DNA from: a virus
Lineage: Duplodnaviria; Heunggongvirae; Uroviricota; Caudoviricetes
Direction: 5' to 3' (one strand)
Virus record (IMG/VR): IMGVR_UViG_3300043444_000502
Span: 64,001-128,000 of that record
Length of the DNA stretch: 64,000 bases
A model generated the notes under the pieces. The model saw only the letters and a list, made by a program, of their open reading frames with translations. It was not told the DNA's origin and ran no database searches. Made by a program: the position numbers and the translations under genes. Of the stretch, positions 18,942-28,643 are shown piece after piece (the stretch's first letter is position 1; the number at the start of each line of letters is the position of its first letter).

Positions 18942-19364
18942 ATGTCACATTGGTTAGAACAATTCTTTCAAAGACGCACAGATGGAGGTTTAGTACTTCG
19001 TGATGGTGCGTCTTGTCATCATCAAACATCACAAGGATTATATGTTTATCCAGACAGATTTGTTGTCTTGGATTCTTTTCATATGATCGAAACAATGATT
19101 GCAAAATACACAGTAATTTGCGAATCTCAAGCAGAACGTCCTCATAAACTTGATACTTTTGAACTTACAGTTTTGGCTAATCGCGATAATGTAGTTTTCA
19201 CTGTTTATGGTCGCGTATTCACAGATAGAAAATTAGTTGACATTGAGATTGAACAAGATGCTAGTCTAGTATACCTCAAAGTCAAAGAACATGATTATGG
19301 TACATCAGATCGTGTTAAAGTATCATTAATTAGAAATTATATTGACGCGAGTGGAACATCATGA
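18942..19364 (+). CDS. Putative structural protein, distant paralog of the C-terminal domain of 8504..8983
   Basis: LDS...AKYTV...DTFEL...TVYG aligns with LDS...AKYVI...QTIEI...TRYG. Confidence 0.55.
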   Translation: MSHWLEQFFQRRTDGGLVLRDGASCHHQTSQGLYVYPDRFVVLDSFHMIETMIAKYTVICESQAERPHKLDTFELTVLANRDNVVFTVYGRVFTDRKLVDIEIEQDASLVYLKVKEHDYGTSDRVKVSLIRNYIDASGTS

Positions 19365-20707
19365 GCATAACAAAAAAGTTCTGTGAAGTAGAAGAAGGTT
19401 TAGTAGTAGGTAATGTTACTATCGATGGAGATGGTAGTATTCAACTTACTGGAACAGTTTCCGCAAATTCAATTCAAACAACAAGTGGTGTATTAATTCA
19501 TGCTTCTGGAAATATGGATATTCCAGGTGAAGTCACAATTGATGACTTAACAACATTACACTCATTGCACGTTTTAAACAATACTGAAGTAGATGGTTCT
19601 CTTAGTGTGTTAGATAACGCACACATTTCAGGAGATTTAACTGTCAATGGTATTGTTACAACAAATTCTTCATTTAATCTCTTAAATAAAACTGTTAATA
19701 TAGTTAATTTTGGTGGAGAGGCATCGCAAATTAATATTGGTGCAACTGGTGATAATTGGGTTAAAACAAATTCAAATTTAGAAGTTAGTCGCAATTTAAC
19801 AGTAGGTTATCAATTTGAAGTTGCTGAAGGTAAATTCCAAATTGATGGTACATTTGGAGATCAAGGTGCAACACGTCTTCAAGGTATTTTAGAAGTTGGC
19901 CAAGATGCAACATTCGAATCTGGTTTAGAAGTTCAAGGATTAACATATTTAACCGGTTTATTTAATGTCAATGATAAATTCACAGTAGATCAATTAACTG
20001 GTAATACTGTTGTTTATGGTACACAAAATGTTAAAGGCGCAGTTGATTTAGATTCAACATTAAACGTCGATGGCAATACAATATTAAATGGTACACAAAA
20101 TGTTAAAGGCGCAGTTGATTTAGATTCAACATTAAACGTTGATGGAACAGTAAACATTGAAGGTGCTACTGTTATTGATGACACTCTTCAAGTTACAGGC
20201 GCAGTAGATTTTGACAATAATCTTAATGTAGATGGCACGTTAAATGTAGAAGGCGCTACTACAATTGATGATACATTAAATGTCACTGGCAATACAGATG
20301 TAGACGGTACACTAAATGTTGACGGTAATGTAACACTTCAAGGTACTCTTGAAGTTGATGGAATTTTATATGGATTTTCAGAAGTTCATGATGCTAAAGG
20401 TGAAGTTCGTTTAGTACCACAGAATGAACAAGCATCATCATATACTTTAGTTGCATCTGATCATGGTAAACATATTCTTGCATCAAACACTGTAACCGTT
20501 CCTGGTAATGTATTTTCTGCAGGTCAAACTGTTGTTGTAATTAATTGGACTAGCGGAAATATTACATTATCACAAGGTGCTAGTATGACAATGTATCAAG
20601 TCGGTACATCTAACACTGGTAATAGAACTATTGCACAACGCGGTTTAGTAACATTATTTTTTATTAATGCAACTAATTGTATCGTATCAGGTTCTGGATT
20701 AAGTTAA
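19361..20707 (+). CDS. Tail fibre-like protein with ~12-aa beta-helix repeats
   Basis: Repeats of GAVDLDSTLNVDG/GATTIDDTLNV; C-terminal YTLVASDHGK...FSAGQTVVV...GSGLS domain. Confidence 0.75.
   Translation: MSITKKFCEVEEGLVVGNVTIDGDGSIQLTGTVSANSIQTTSGVLIHASGNMDIPGEVTIDDLTTLHSLHVLNNTEVDGSLSVLDNAHISGDLTVNGIVTTNSSFNLLNKTVNIVNFGGEASQINIGATGDNWVKTNSNLEVSRNLTVGYQFEVAEGKFQIDGTFGDQGATRLQGILEVGQDATFESGLEVQGLTYLTGLFNVNDKFTVDQLTGNTVVYGTQNVKGAVDLDSTLNVDGNTILNGTQNVKGAVDLDSTLNVDGTVNIEGATVIDDTLQVTGAVDFDNNLNVDGTLNVEGATTIDDTLNVTGNTDVDGTLNVDGNVTLQGTLEVDGILYGFSEVHDAKGEVRLVPQNEQASSYTLVASDHGKHILASNTVTVPGNVFSAGQTVVVINWTSGNITLSQGASMTMYQVGTSNTGNRTIAQRGLVTLFFINATNCIVSGSGLS
20016..20139 (+). repeat. Exact 52-nt direct repeat (20016-20067 and 20088-20139), period 72 nt
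   Basis: ATGGTACACAAAATGTTAAAGGCGCAGTTGATTTAGATTCAACATTAAACGT occurs twice. Confidence 0.92.
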
Positions 20708-21636
20708 TGACAATTTATGCAACGATTGGTAGTGGTGGTCAATATAAACCAGTTGTAGCTTCTGGTGGAAGTGAATTTTCATTTACGTGGAATGGAGATC
20801 AATATAAAGGTCATTCATACACATATACCGGTGGTGCACAATCGCTTGTAGTATCTGATGCTGGTGATGATAAAGTAGTTCATTGCATTCTTTGGGGTGC
20901 TGGTGGTGGTGCTGGTGGTCAAAGCGGAAATTCAGGCGGTGGTGGTGGATGTGTTCGACTAATGAATATATCAGTTTCCAATTCTGAAACGCTTAACATC
21001 TCTGTTGGTGGTGGCGGAGGCAATGGTTCAGGTTGTTGTGGTTCATGCGGAGCAGGTAGTAGCGGCGGTGGACCGATCATAGGTCGTGGTGGTCATGGTT
21101 ATTCTTCAGGCGGCGGTGGTTGTTCTGCTGGCGGTGGAGGTGGAGGTGGCGGAACATTTTTACTTCGCTCAAATAATTCTGTAATTTGCGCTGCTGGTGG
21201 CGGCGGAGGCGGCGGTGGTTCTGAAGGATGTGGTGGCGCTGGAAGAGGCGGATCTGGTGGTGGATCAGGTGAAAATGGCGGCAATAGTGCTTGGGGCGGT
21301 GGAGCAGGTCAAGCTGGTGGACAAGGCGATGGTAGTTATAATGGCGGAGATGGATGGAATCCTGGTGGAGATCAATCTGGTCCTGGAGGCGGTGGCGGTG
21401 GTTATGCTGGTGGCACTATGGGTTATGTTGATAATGGTGGAGACTGTCATGGAAAATCTGGTGGCGGGGGTGGAAGAGGTTATCCATCAAGCGCAGTTGA
21501 ATATTTAACATCATATAGCACATCTGCTGCTAATTCAAGCGATGGTACATTTTCTAGTTGGCGTAGTTCATATGGTGATGCTAACGGCACAGGCGGTAAA
21601 TTAGTTGTATTCTATAGAATTAAAAAAGGTTTATAA
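20707..21636 (+). CDS. Glycine-rich adhesin-like protein (fourth, more divergent)
   Basis: TAATG overlap with the fibre stop; LWGAGGG, long poly-Gly, Cys-containing loops (GCCGSCG). Confidence 0.8.
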   Translation: MTIYATIGSGGQYKPVVASGGSEFSFTWNGDQYKGHSYTYTGGAQSLVVSDAGDDKVVHCILWGAGGGAGGQSGNSGGGGGCVRLMNISVSNSETLNISVGGGGGNGSGCCGSCGAGSSGGGPIIGRGGHGYSSGGGGCSAGGGGGGGGTFLLRSNNSVICAAGGGGGGGGSEGCGGAGRGGSGGGSGENGGNSAWGGGAGQAGGQGDGSYNGGDGWNPGGDQSGPGGGGGGYAGGTMGYVDNGGDCHGKSGGGGGRGYPSSAVEYLTSYSTSAANSSDGTFSSWRSSYGDANGTGGKLVVFYRIKKGL

Positions 21637-22115
21637 TGGCTATAGTTACAGTTAAATTCGATTTAGATACAAAAAAATACAACATTAGTAGTTTAGACGC
21701 TGGTAGCGTTCATGATCCTATGGGTGATATTAACTACGATGATTTATACGTTTTATTTGGTTTTACACGTGGTGAAACTAAGCCAGTAGAATTTAATAAT
21801 TTAAAATTTGGATTCAACTTAAGAGATATGGAAACTAAAAAGATTGTTAGTTCTATCGCATATCCTTTAATTGGAATTCAATATATGAGAAGTGATGCTG
21901 ATATATTAGAACACACTAAAGTATCAGTTATTCCCGGAAAGCAGTATCGTTTAGATTTTTGGGTTCAAAACAATTATGAAGAAACAAAGGGATATGCATG
22001 GTTTGTTATTCCGATTTATAGTGATTATGAACTAGATTATAATACAACACATGATGATTCATATCAAGAGTTTTTGACTATGAAAGATGATACGTTAGAT
22101 GGTACAGTTTATTAA
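21636..22115 (+). CDS. Hypothetical protein
   Basis: 159-aa ORF translationally coupled (TAATG) to the Gly-rich gene. Confidence 0.65.
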   Translation: MAIVTVKFDLDTKKYNISSLDAGSVHDPMGDINYDDLYVLFGFTRGETKPVEFNNLKFGFNLRDMETKKIVSSIAYPLIGIQYMRSDADILEHTKVSVIPGKQYRLDFWVQNNYEETKGYAWFVIPIYSDYELDYNTTHDDSYQEFLTMKDDTLDGTVY

Positions 22116-22272
22116 TCCAATATTGGAAAAAGAAAAAGCACAAGAAAGATTTAATATTTGCATTAAATGCGATGAATTTACAAAAATAACAACTATGTGT
22201 AAACAATGTAAATGCATTATGAAAGTTAAATGTAAATTAAAATCAGCAAAATGTCCATTAAATAAATGGTAA
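22099..22272 (+). CDS. 57-aa Cys-rich (zinc-ribbon-like) protein, not in the ORF track
   Basis: Manual translation MVQFINPILEKEKAQERFNICIKCDEFTKITTMCKQCKCIMKVKCKLKSAKCPLNKW; CxxC...CxxCxC...CPxxKW. Confidence 0.8.
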   Translation: MVQFINPILEKEKAQERFNICIKCDEFTKITTMCKQCKCIMKVKCKLKSAKCPLNKW

Positions 22273-22287
22273 TAAATAGAGATAACT

Positions 22288-22725
22288 ATGAACGAATTAA
22301 TTAAAAAACTCCGTGAAGTATTAGCATCTAATTTTGCTTTATACTTAAAAACTCAAATGTTTCATTGGAACATCGAAGGTCCAAATTTTAATGATTATCA
22401 TGCATTTTGGGCAACTGTGTATACAGATCTATATGAACAAAATGATTTAATTGCGGAATATATTAGACAAGCAAATGAATATGCTCCAGGTTCATTAGAT
22501 GTTTATAAACAATTATCTGTTATTGATGACGAAGATGGATTTCCAAAATCTGTAGAAATGTTTAATAAATTCTTGAGCAATAATGATTCAATGATTACAT
22601 TATATAATCAACTATATGAACTAGCAGAGAAGAATGAAGAATATCAAATTTCAGACTTTTGTGCACAAAGATTAGCAGCACATAAAAAACACGCATGGAT
22701 GGTTCGTTCTATCCTTAAGGATTAA
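22288..22725 (+). CDS. dps: Dps/ferritin-like DNA-protecting protein
   Basis: HWNIEGPNFNDYH...DLIAEYIR ferroxidase signature; C-terminal HKKHAWMVRS. Confidence 0.9.
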   Translation: MNELIKKLREVLASNFALYLKTQMFHWNIEGPNFNDYHAFWATVYTDLYEQNDLIAEYIRQANEYAPGSLDVYKQLSVIDDEDGFPKSVEMFNKFLSNNDSMITLYNQLYELAEKNEEYQISDFCAQRLAAHKKHAWMVRSILKD

Positions 22726-22728
22726 TCA

Positions 22729-23466
22729 ATGGCAACTCCAACAAATAGACAAGAATTAAAAGACTATTGCTTAAGAGCATTGGGTGCGCCTGTACTTGAA
22801 GTTAATATTGATGAAGACCAATTAGACGATCGTGTCGATGAGGCTCTTCAAAAATATTATGATTATCATTATGATGCTACAGAACGCGTATATATCCCAA
22901 TTCAAGTTACAGATATTGATTTAGCAAATGGTTGGTTTACGTTAACAGATGATATCATTTCTGTTACGCGCATTCTTCCACTATCAAATACATGGTCAGG
23001 TGTTAATATGTTTAACATGAAATATCAGATGTATTTGAATGATTTTTATGCATTATATCGTGCAGACTCTATGCAATATTATGTTGAAATGCAACAATAT
23101 CTTTCAACATTAGATTCATTATTAAATGGTGTACAAACTATTCAATATAGTCGTCATGGAAATAGATTGCGTATTGAAGCAAATTTAGAAGAAAAAATTC
23201 AGCCAGGTCAATATATTATGGTTGAAGGATATAGAAGAATTGATAACGCAGAAGTTTGGAATGATTTCTGGTTAAAACGTTATGCAACATCTTTAATTCA
23301 GTTCCAGTGGGGTGCAAACCTTGCTAAGTTCGATGGTATGCAATTACCAGGTGGTGTTACAATTAATGCGCGTCAATATATTGATGATGCAGAAAATGAT
23401 ATTCGCTTATTAGAAGAAGAACTAAGAAGCACACACGAATTGCCAGTAGACTTTTTCTGCGGATAA
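22729..23466 (+). CDS. g13: Neck protein gp13
   Basis: RQELKDYCLRALGAPVLEVNIDEDQLDDR; QWGANLAKFDGMQLPGGV. Confidence 0.95.
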   Translation: MATPTNRQELKDYCLRALGAPVLEVNIDEDQLDDRVDEALQKYYDYHYDATERVYIPIQVTDIDLANGWFTLTDDIISVTRILPLSNTWSGVNMFNMKYQMYLNDFYALYRADSMQYYVEMQQYLSTLDSLLNGVQTIQYSRHGNRLRIEANLEEKIQPGQYIMVEGYRRIDNAEVWNDFWLKRYATSLIQFQWGANLAKFDGMQLPGGVTINARQYIDDAENDIRLLEEELRSTHELPVDFFCG

Positions 23467-23472
23467 TAATAT

Positions 23473-24510
23473 ATGCCAACCAATGTATATTTTAACCCGG
23501 GGGTTATGTCTGAACAACGTTTTTACGAAGACATGATTGAAGAATCTCTTCGCATTTACGGTCAAGACGTTTATTACATCCCGCGCAACTTAAAAAATTT
23601 AGATTCAGTTATGAATGATGCTATTGCATCAGAATTTAATCAAGCGTATTTGATTGAAATGTACATTGATGAAGGTGGTTATACTGGTGAAGGTACAATC
23701 ATGTCTAAGTTTGGTCTTGAAATACGAGATCAAGCAACACTAGTTGTTTCACGCAGACGTTGGGAAAACTTTATTGGTCGTGAAAATACAACGATGATTG
23801 GTGGACGTCCAAACGAAGGCGACTTGATTTATATTCCGCTTTCTGGTACGTTCATGGAAATTAAATTCGTTGAACACGAAGCTTCATTCTATCAGTTAGC
23901 TAACATTTTCGTATATGAGTTACACTGTGAAACATTTGAATATTCGGGTGAAAAATTCAATACTGGTTATGCAGATTTGGATGGTATTGAAGATACATAC
24001 GCATTTGCTCAAACATTGAACTTAGGTTCTGGTAATGGTAAATCGTTTGTAGAAAATGAAGAAGTTCAACAATTCGTTGGTTATGATATGAATAACCAAC
24101 CTATTTTTGTATTTGGTAATTTAGCTAGTGTTGACTTTGCTGGTGGTATTGCTGCAGCTATTACAGTAAATCAGATTAGATCTACTGATGGAAAAGCTAG
24201 ATATTTCCAAGAATCTGGAATTGGTGAAGCTGCAGTAGAACGTCGTATTATTGGTATGTCATCTGGAGCAGCATTCTTAATTAGTACAGCACAAGATGCA
24301 CAAGAATTACCAAATGATGCTAATGCACAAAACGCATCATTTGAAGAATTCGGCGATGATATTCTTGACTTCTCTGAATCAAATCCATTTGGTGAACCAG
24401 GCGGTGATTATCACCAAATGACATTGACATCATACGAACCATCTGCAATTTCAATCGACAATAATCTGTTGCGTTTTGATGAAAATACCGCAACGTGGGA
24501 TGCACAATAA
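23473..24510 (+). CDS. g14: Neck protein gp14
   Basis: IYGQDVYYIPR, SKFGLEIRD, RPNEGDLIY, ETFEYSGE, DFSESNPFG. Confidence 0.95.
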   Translation: MPTNVYFNPGVMSEQRFYEDMIEESLRIYGQDVYYIPRNLKNLDSVMNDAIASEFNQAYLIEMYIDEGGYTGEGTIMSKFGLEIRDQATLVVSRRRWENFIGRENTTMIGGRPNEGDLIYIPLSGTFMEIKFVEHEASFYQLANIFVYELHCETFEYSGEKFNTGYADLDGIEDTYAFAQTLNLGSGNGKSFVENEEVQQFVGYDMNNQPIFVFGNLASVDFAGGIAAAITVNQIRSTDGKARYFQESGIGEAAVERRIIGMSSGAAFLISTAQDAQELPNDANAQNASFEEFGDDILDFSESNPFGEPGGDYHQMTLTSYEPSAISIDNNLLRFDENTATWDAQ

Positions 24511-24522
24511 TAGGATTCTAAC

Positions 24523-25767
24523 ATGGCAAAACAAGTATTAAACGTAGGTCTAAAAAATAACGATAAAACTGGTGACACATTACGTGCAGGTGGTTTAAAG
24601 ATCAAAGCTAACTTTGATGAAATTTATGCCGCACTAGCTCTTGATAGTGTAAACATTTCAGGCGGTAATTTATTAAAAACCGGTGATTATTCAGATTTAC
24701 GTAATAAACCAGACTTTTCAAATGTTGCTATTTCAGGTTCTTTCTATGATCTAGAAAGTCGTCCTGATATTGGCATTTATGTTGGTGCACCACCTAATGA
24801 TGAAGGCGTTGATGGGCACGTAGCTGCTAATATGGCTTTTGATAGTCAAAATCTTTATGTTTGTTTAGCTGATTATGAAGAACAAGCAGTATTTGGTAAT
24901 ATTACATTTATGCATGAAGAAAATCATGTTGATTTTCCTGTTAGAGCCAAATTTACTAATAATGATGGTGTAATCGCATTATATACAAATACATATAAAA
25001 CTCCATTGGCTGGTTGGTCTATTAGTGATGGTACAAATACTGTTGTAATTACACAAGTTGAATTACAACAAGATATCAATAATCAACCATATTACCTATG
25101 TCATTTAGCATCAAACTTTGTGTCTGTAGCAGAACAATTATATTCTATGCAATATGACGCTCCTTCAAATTCACATGTGATATGTGTACAATGGAAACCA
25201 GAATATCAAGCATTATTAGATGCGCATGAGCAAGGACAAGGTTCACGCTTACGTAACGTTAATGATCAAAATGCTCGCGTAATCACTGACTTAATTCATG
25301 ATTCTATTAATAATGAATTAACTATTGTATATCTTGGTTCTCAAGTTGGTAATTATGTTGGTATGACTATTAAATTAGATCAACCTAAAATTTGGAAATC
25401 AATTCCATGGGCAGATTTTGGGCAGCAGTTTGATGCTCGTTCAAATATTTTATTAACTGCATCTGTAACAGGTGGAGTAGATGAAGTATCAGCCACAGTA
25501 TTAAATGTTAATACTCGTGTACAAAAATTAGGTGATGGAGTATATCGCTTAGGTAATGGTCAAGAAGGTCAAGTAGTTGAATTAGTGTTAAAATCATCAG
25601 CATTAAATCCTTCGGCGATTAAAGTATATTTTGATAATGCTAGAGTTGGTAATACAGAATATCAAAATATTTTTATGAATCCATTTATTGGAAATCCGGC
25701 TATTGGAATAGTTACTTTAATTTTCACCGATGGTGCGTGGCAATCTAATGGCGGCCAATGGGATTAA
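24523..25767 (+). CDS. Putative virion protein with gp9/gp10-like N-terminal motif
   Basis: KQVLNVG...NDKTGDTLRAGGLKIKANFDEIY; inserted between g14 and g15. Confidence 0.6.
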   Translation: MAKQVLNVGLKNNDKTGDTLRAGGLKIKANFDEIYAALALDSVNISGGNLLKTGDYSDLRNKPDFSNVAISGSFYDLESRPDIGIYVGAPPNDEGVDGHVAANMAFDSQNLYVCLADYEEQAVFGNITFMHEENHVDFPVRAKFTNNDGVIALYTNTYKTPLAGWSISDGTNTVVITQVELQQDINNQPYYLCHLASNFVSVAEQLYSMQYDAPSNSHVICVQWKPEYQALLDAHEQGQGSRLRNVNDQNARVITDLIHDSINNELTIVYLGSQVGNYVGMTIKLDQPKIWKSIPWADFGQQFDARSNILLTASVTGGVDEVSATVLNVNTRVQKLGDGVYRLGNGQEGQVVELVLKSSALNPSAIKVYFDNARVGNTEYQNIFMNPFIGNPAIGIVTLIFTDGAWQSNGGQWD

Positions 25768-25771
25768 GTAG

Positions 25772-26545
25772 ATGTTTGGACAATATTTTTATAATTCACA
25801 TTTAAGAAAAGCTGTTGCCATATTTGGTACGCTTTTCAATAATATTAACGTTGTGAAACGTGATGCACAAGGAAATGTACTTTCTACGGTGAAAGTACCA
25901 TTAGCTTATGGCCCTAAACAAAAATTCTTAGCACGTCTACTTGAAGAACCTGATCTTATTGCGCCTGAAGTTTCCATGCGTTTGCCGCGTATGTCATTTG
26001 AAATTACGTCTCTTGCATATGACACACAAGCTAAAGTAAATAAAAATATAAAATTGCAAACTCCTTCAATTCATGGAGTTAATACAATTTATACTGCTGC
26101 ACCATATATCTTAAACATGCAATTGAATATTATTGGTAAAACTCAAGATGAAGTTTTGCAAATTAGTGAACAGATTTTGCCGTTTTTTAATCCTGAATAT
26201 ATCGTAACTGTTAAAGAAATACCAGAAATTGGTTTAATGCGTGATGTCCCAATTGTATTACAAAGCATTGCAATGGCTGATGATTATGAAGGTGAATTTG
26301 AACAACGTAGAACTCTAATTTATACGTTAGATTTTACGATGAAAATTCAGTTTTATGGTCCAATTCAGAAAGATATTGGTGTTATTAAAGATACTACAGT
26401 AAATCTACGCAGTATTGAATCCCATAAAAAAATGGCAACTGTGAATGATCAAGTATCTCCTATTAACGTTGGTCCTGAAGATCCACATCAAGTGATTGAA
26501 ACAATTATCCATTATGATACAGATTTTGGTTTTACTGAAGATTAA
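25772..26545 (+). CDS. g15: Tail sheath stabiliser/terminator gp15
   Basis: YFYNSHLRKAVAIFGTLFN, VPLAYGPKQKF, LPRMSFE, EQILPFFNP. Confidence 0.95.
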   Translation: MFGQYFYNSHLRKAVAIFGTLFNNINVVKRDAQGNVLSTVKVPLAYGPKQKFLARLLEEPDLIAPEVSMRLPRMSFEITSLAYDTQAKVNKNIKLQTPSIHGVNTIYTAAPYILNMQLNIIGKTQDEVLQISEQILPFFNPEYIVTVKEIPEIGLMRDVPIVLQSIAMADDYEGEFEQRRTLIYTLDFTMKIQFYGPIQKDIGVIKDTTVNLRSIESHKKMATVNDQVSPINVGPEDPHQVIETIIHYDTDFGFTED

Positions 26546-26563
26546 ACCAATTAAGTGAATATT

Positions 26564-27025
26564 ATGAAAAATATAGATAGTACTGTAGATAAAAAAACTA
26601 AGATAGCCGAAGCCCTTTCTAAGAATATGCCGATATCGGCAAAACAAGAATCTTCGCAACCGGTCGATGATCTGCAGGTCGACTATGATGTGTCGAGAGA
26701 GACATATAAAGAACTTATTGATAAGGGCAATCAAGCTATTGATTTAATGATGGAGCTTGCAAAAGACTCTCAGCATCCTCGTGCTTTTGAAGTATTAGCT
26801 GGTCTTTTAAAAACACAAGCAGATAATACTGATAAACTTGCAGATCTACAAAAGAAAATGACAGCATTACGCAACCCTAAAGGTGGTAATAATAATGCTG
26901 GAATTCCTTCTACTACGACTAATAATAATGTATTTGTGGGTTCAACTAGCGACCTACAACGTTTTATTCTTTCTCAACAGAATAAACAGGTGATCGATGT
27001 CGACATTAACAAGTCTAACGAATAA
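26564..27025 (+). CDS. g16: Terminase small subunit gp16
   Basis: DYDVSR, HPRAFEV, NNNVFVGSTSDL; directly upstream of g17. Confidence 0.88.
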   Translation: MKNIDSTVDKKTKIAEALSKNMPISAKQESSQPVDDLQVDYDVSRETYKELIDKGNQAIDLMMELAKDSQHPRAFEVLAGLLKTQADNTDKLADLQKKMTALRNPKGGNNNAGIPSTTTNNNVFVGSTSDLQRFILSQQNKQVIDVDINKSNE

Positions 27026-28643
27026 CGAATATGGTTACTTAGGTAACCCATTAGTTAAACGTGACGGCGTACAACAAACTTTCTCCCAAGACGAATTAAA
27101 CGAATACATTAAGTGTATGAATGATCCTGCGTACTTCGCAAGAAAGTACATTAAGATCATTAACCTTGATGAAGGCCTTGTGCCGTTTGATCTGTATCCA
27201 TATCAGGAACAGATGTTTAATCATTTTAATAATAATCGTTTTTCTATTGTTCTTGCGTGTCGACAATCTGGTAAATCTATTTCATCTGTTGTATACATTC
27301 TTTGGTATGCAATCTTTAAACCAGAACAAACAATCGCTGTATTAGCTAACAAAGGTGCAACTGCACAAGAAATGTTAGGACGTATTACACTTGCGCTTGA
27401 AAATTTACCATTCTTTTTGCAACCAGGTTGTAAGACATTAAATAAAAAATCAATTGAATTTTCTAATAACTCGCGTATTGTTGCAGCTGCGACATCAGGT
27501 AATTCAATTCGTGGTATGTCAGTTAACTTATTGTTTCTTGACGAGTTTGCGTTCGTTGAAAATGATGCTACATTTTATACATCAACATATCCTGTAATTT
27601 CATCAGGTAAATCTACTCGAGTTATTATTACATCTACTGCAAATGGTTTAGGTAATGTATTTCATAAATTGTGGGAAGGTGCAGTACAAACAACGAATGA
27701 ATTTAAACCATTCCGTGTAGATTGGTGGGACGTTCCTGGTCGTGATGATGAATGGAAGCGACAAACAATTGCTAACACATCTGAGTTACAATTTGACCAA
27801 GAATTTGGTAATAATTTCCATGGTACTGGTAATACTTTAATTAACGCGAATGCTCTATTAGCGTTAAAAGCTAAAGAACCATTATATACAATGAATAATG
27901 TTCGTGTATATGAGACGCCAATTAAGAGAGAAAAAGATTATCCAGAAAGTAAAGATCATACTTATATGATGACGGTTGACGTCGCAAAGGGTCGAGGTCA
28001 AGATTATTCAACATTTACAATTGTCGATGTAACAGTAAAACCGTACAAACAAGTTGTCACATATCGTGATAACTTAATTTCTCCATTATTATTTCCAGAT
28101 GTGATCTATAAATATGCAAATCTATATAATAAAGCATTAGTTGTAATTGAAAATAATGATGCTGGACAAGTCGTATGTAATGGTTTATTTTATGACTTAG
28201 AATATGAAAATGTATACACATCTAATGGTGTTAAAGCAGATGCTATTGGTGTGTATATGGATAAGAAAACTAAAAAGATTGGTTGTTCACATATTAAAGA
28301 TTTAGTAGAACAAAAGAAAATCGAGATCATCGATGCAGATACTATAGTCGAAATGTCGACATTCGTCGCTAAAGGTCAATCGTATGAAGCTATGCCTGGA
28401 ATGCATGATGATTTAATGATGAACTTAGTAATGTTTGGTTGGTTTGCTGCAACACCAATGTTTCAAGAATCAGTAGATGGTACAATGAGAGAGTATATCT
28501 ATTCTCAACAAGTAAAACAAATTGAAGATGAAGTTTTACCATTTGGATTTAATGATGATGGTAGAGAAGATTTAGAACCTATTCACATAGATAACGAAGG
28601 ACAAGTGTGGCGAGAATTTAATTGGCCAGATGAACAAAAATGA
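26997..28643 (+). CDS. g17: Terminase large subunit gp17
   Basis: YLGNP, RQSGKS Walker A, LFLDEFAF Walker B, ITST, DVAKGRGQDYS, HDDL. Confidence 0.97.
   Translation: MSTLTSLTNNEYGYLGNPLVKRDGVQQTFSQDELNEYIKCMNDPAYFARKYIKIINLDEGLVPFDLYPYQEQMFNHFNNNRFSIVLACRQSGKSISSVVYILWYAIFKPEQTIAVLANKGATAQEMLGRITLALENLPFFLQPGCKTLNKKSIEFSNNSRIVAAATSGNSIRGMSVNLLFLDEFAFVENDATFYTSTYPVISSGKSTRVIITSTANGLGNVFHKLWEGAVQTTNEFKPFRVDWWDVPGRDDEWKRQTIANTSELQFDQEFGNNFHGTGNTLINANALLALKAKEPLYTMNNVRVYETPIKREKDYPESKDHTYMMTVDVAKGRGQDYSTFTIVDVTVKPYKQVVTYRDNLISPLLFPDVIYKYANLYNKALVVIENNDAGQVVCNGLFYDLEYENVYTSNGVKADAIGVYMDKKTKKIGCSHIKDLVEQKKIEIIDADTIVEMSTFVAKGQSYEAMPGMHDDLMMNLVMFGWFAATPMFQESVDGTMREYIYSQQVKQIEDEVLPFGFNDDGREDLEPIHIDNEGQVWREFNWPDEQK

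Noticed and set aside
21099-21284. Minus-strand poly-Pro ORF (and overlapping ORFs 21197..21508 and 21265..21450)
   Set aside because: Shadow frames of the GGN poly-Gly codons of the real + strand gene
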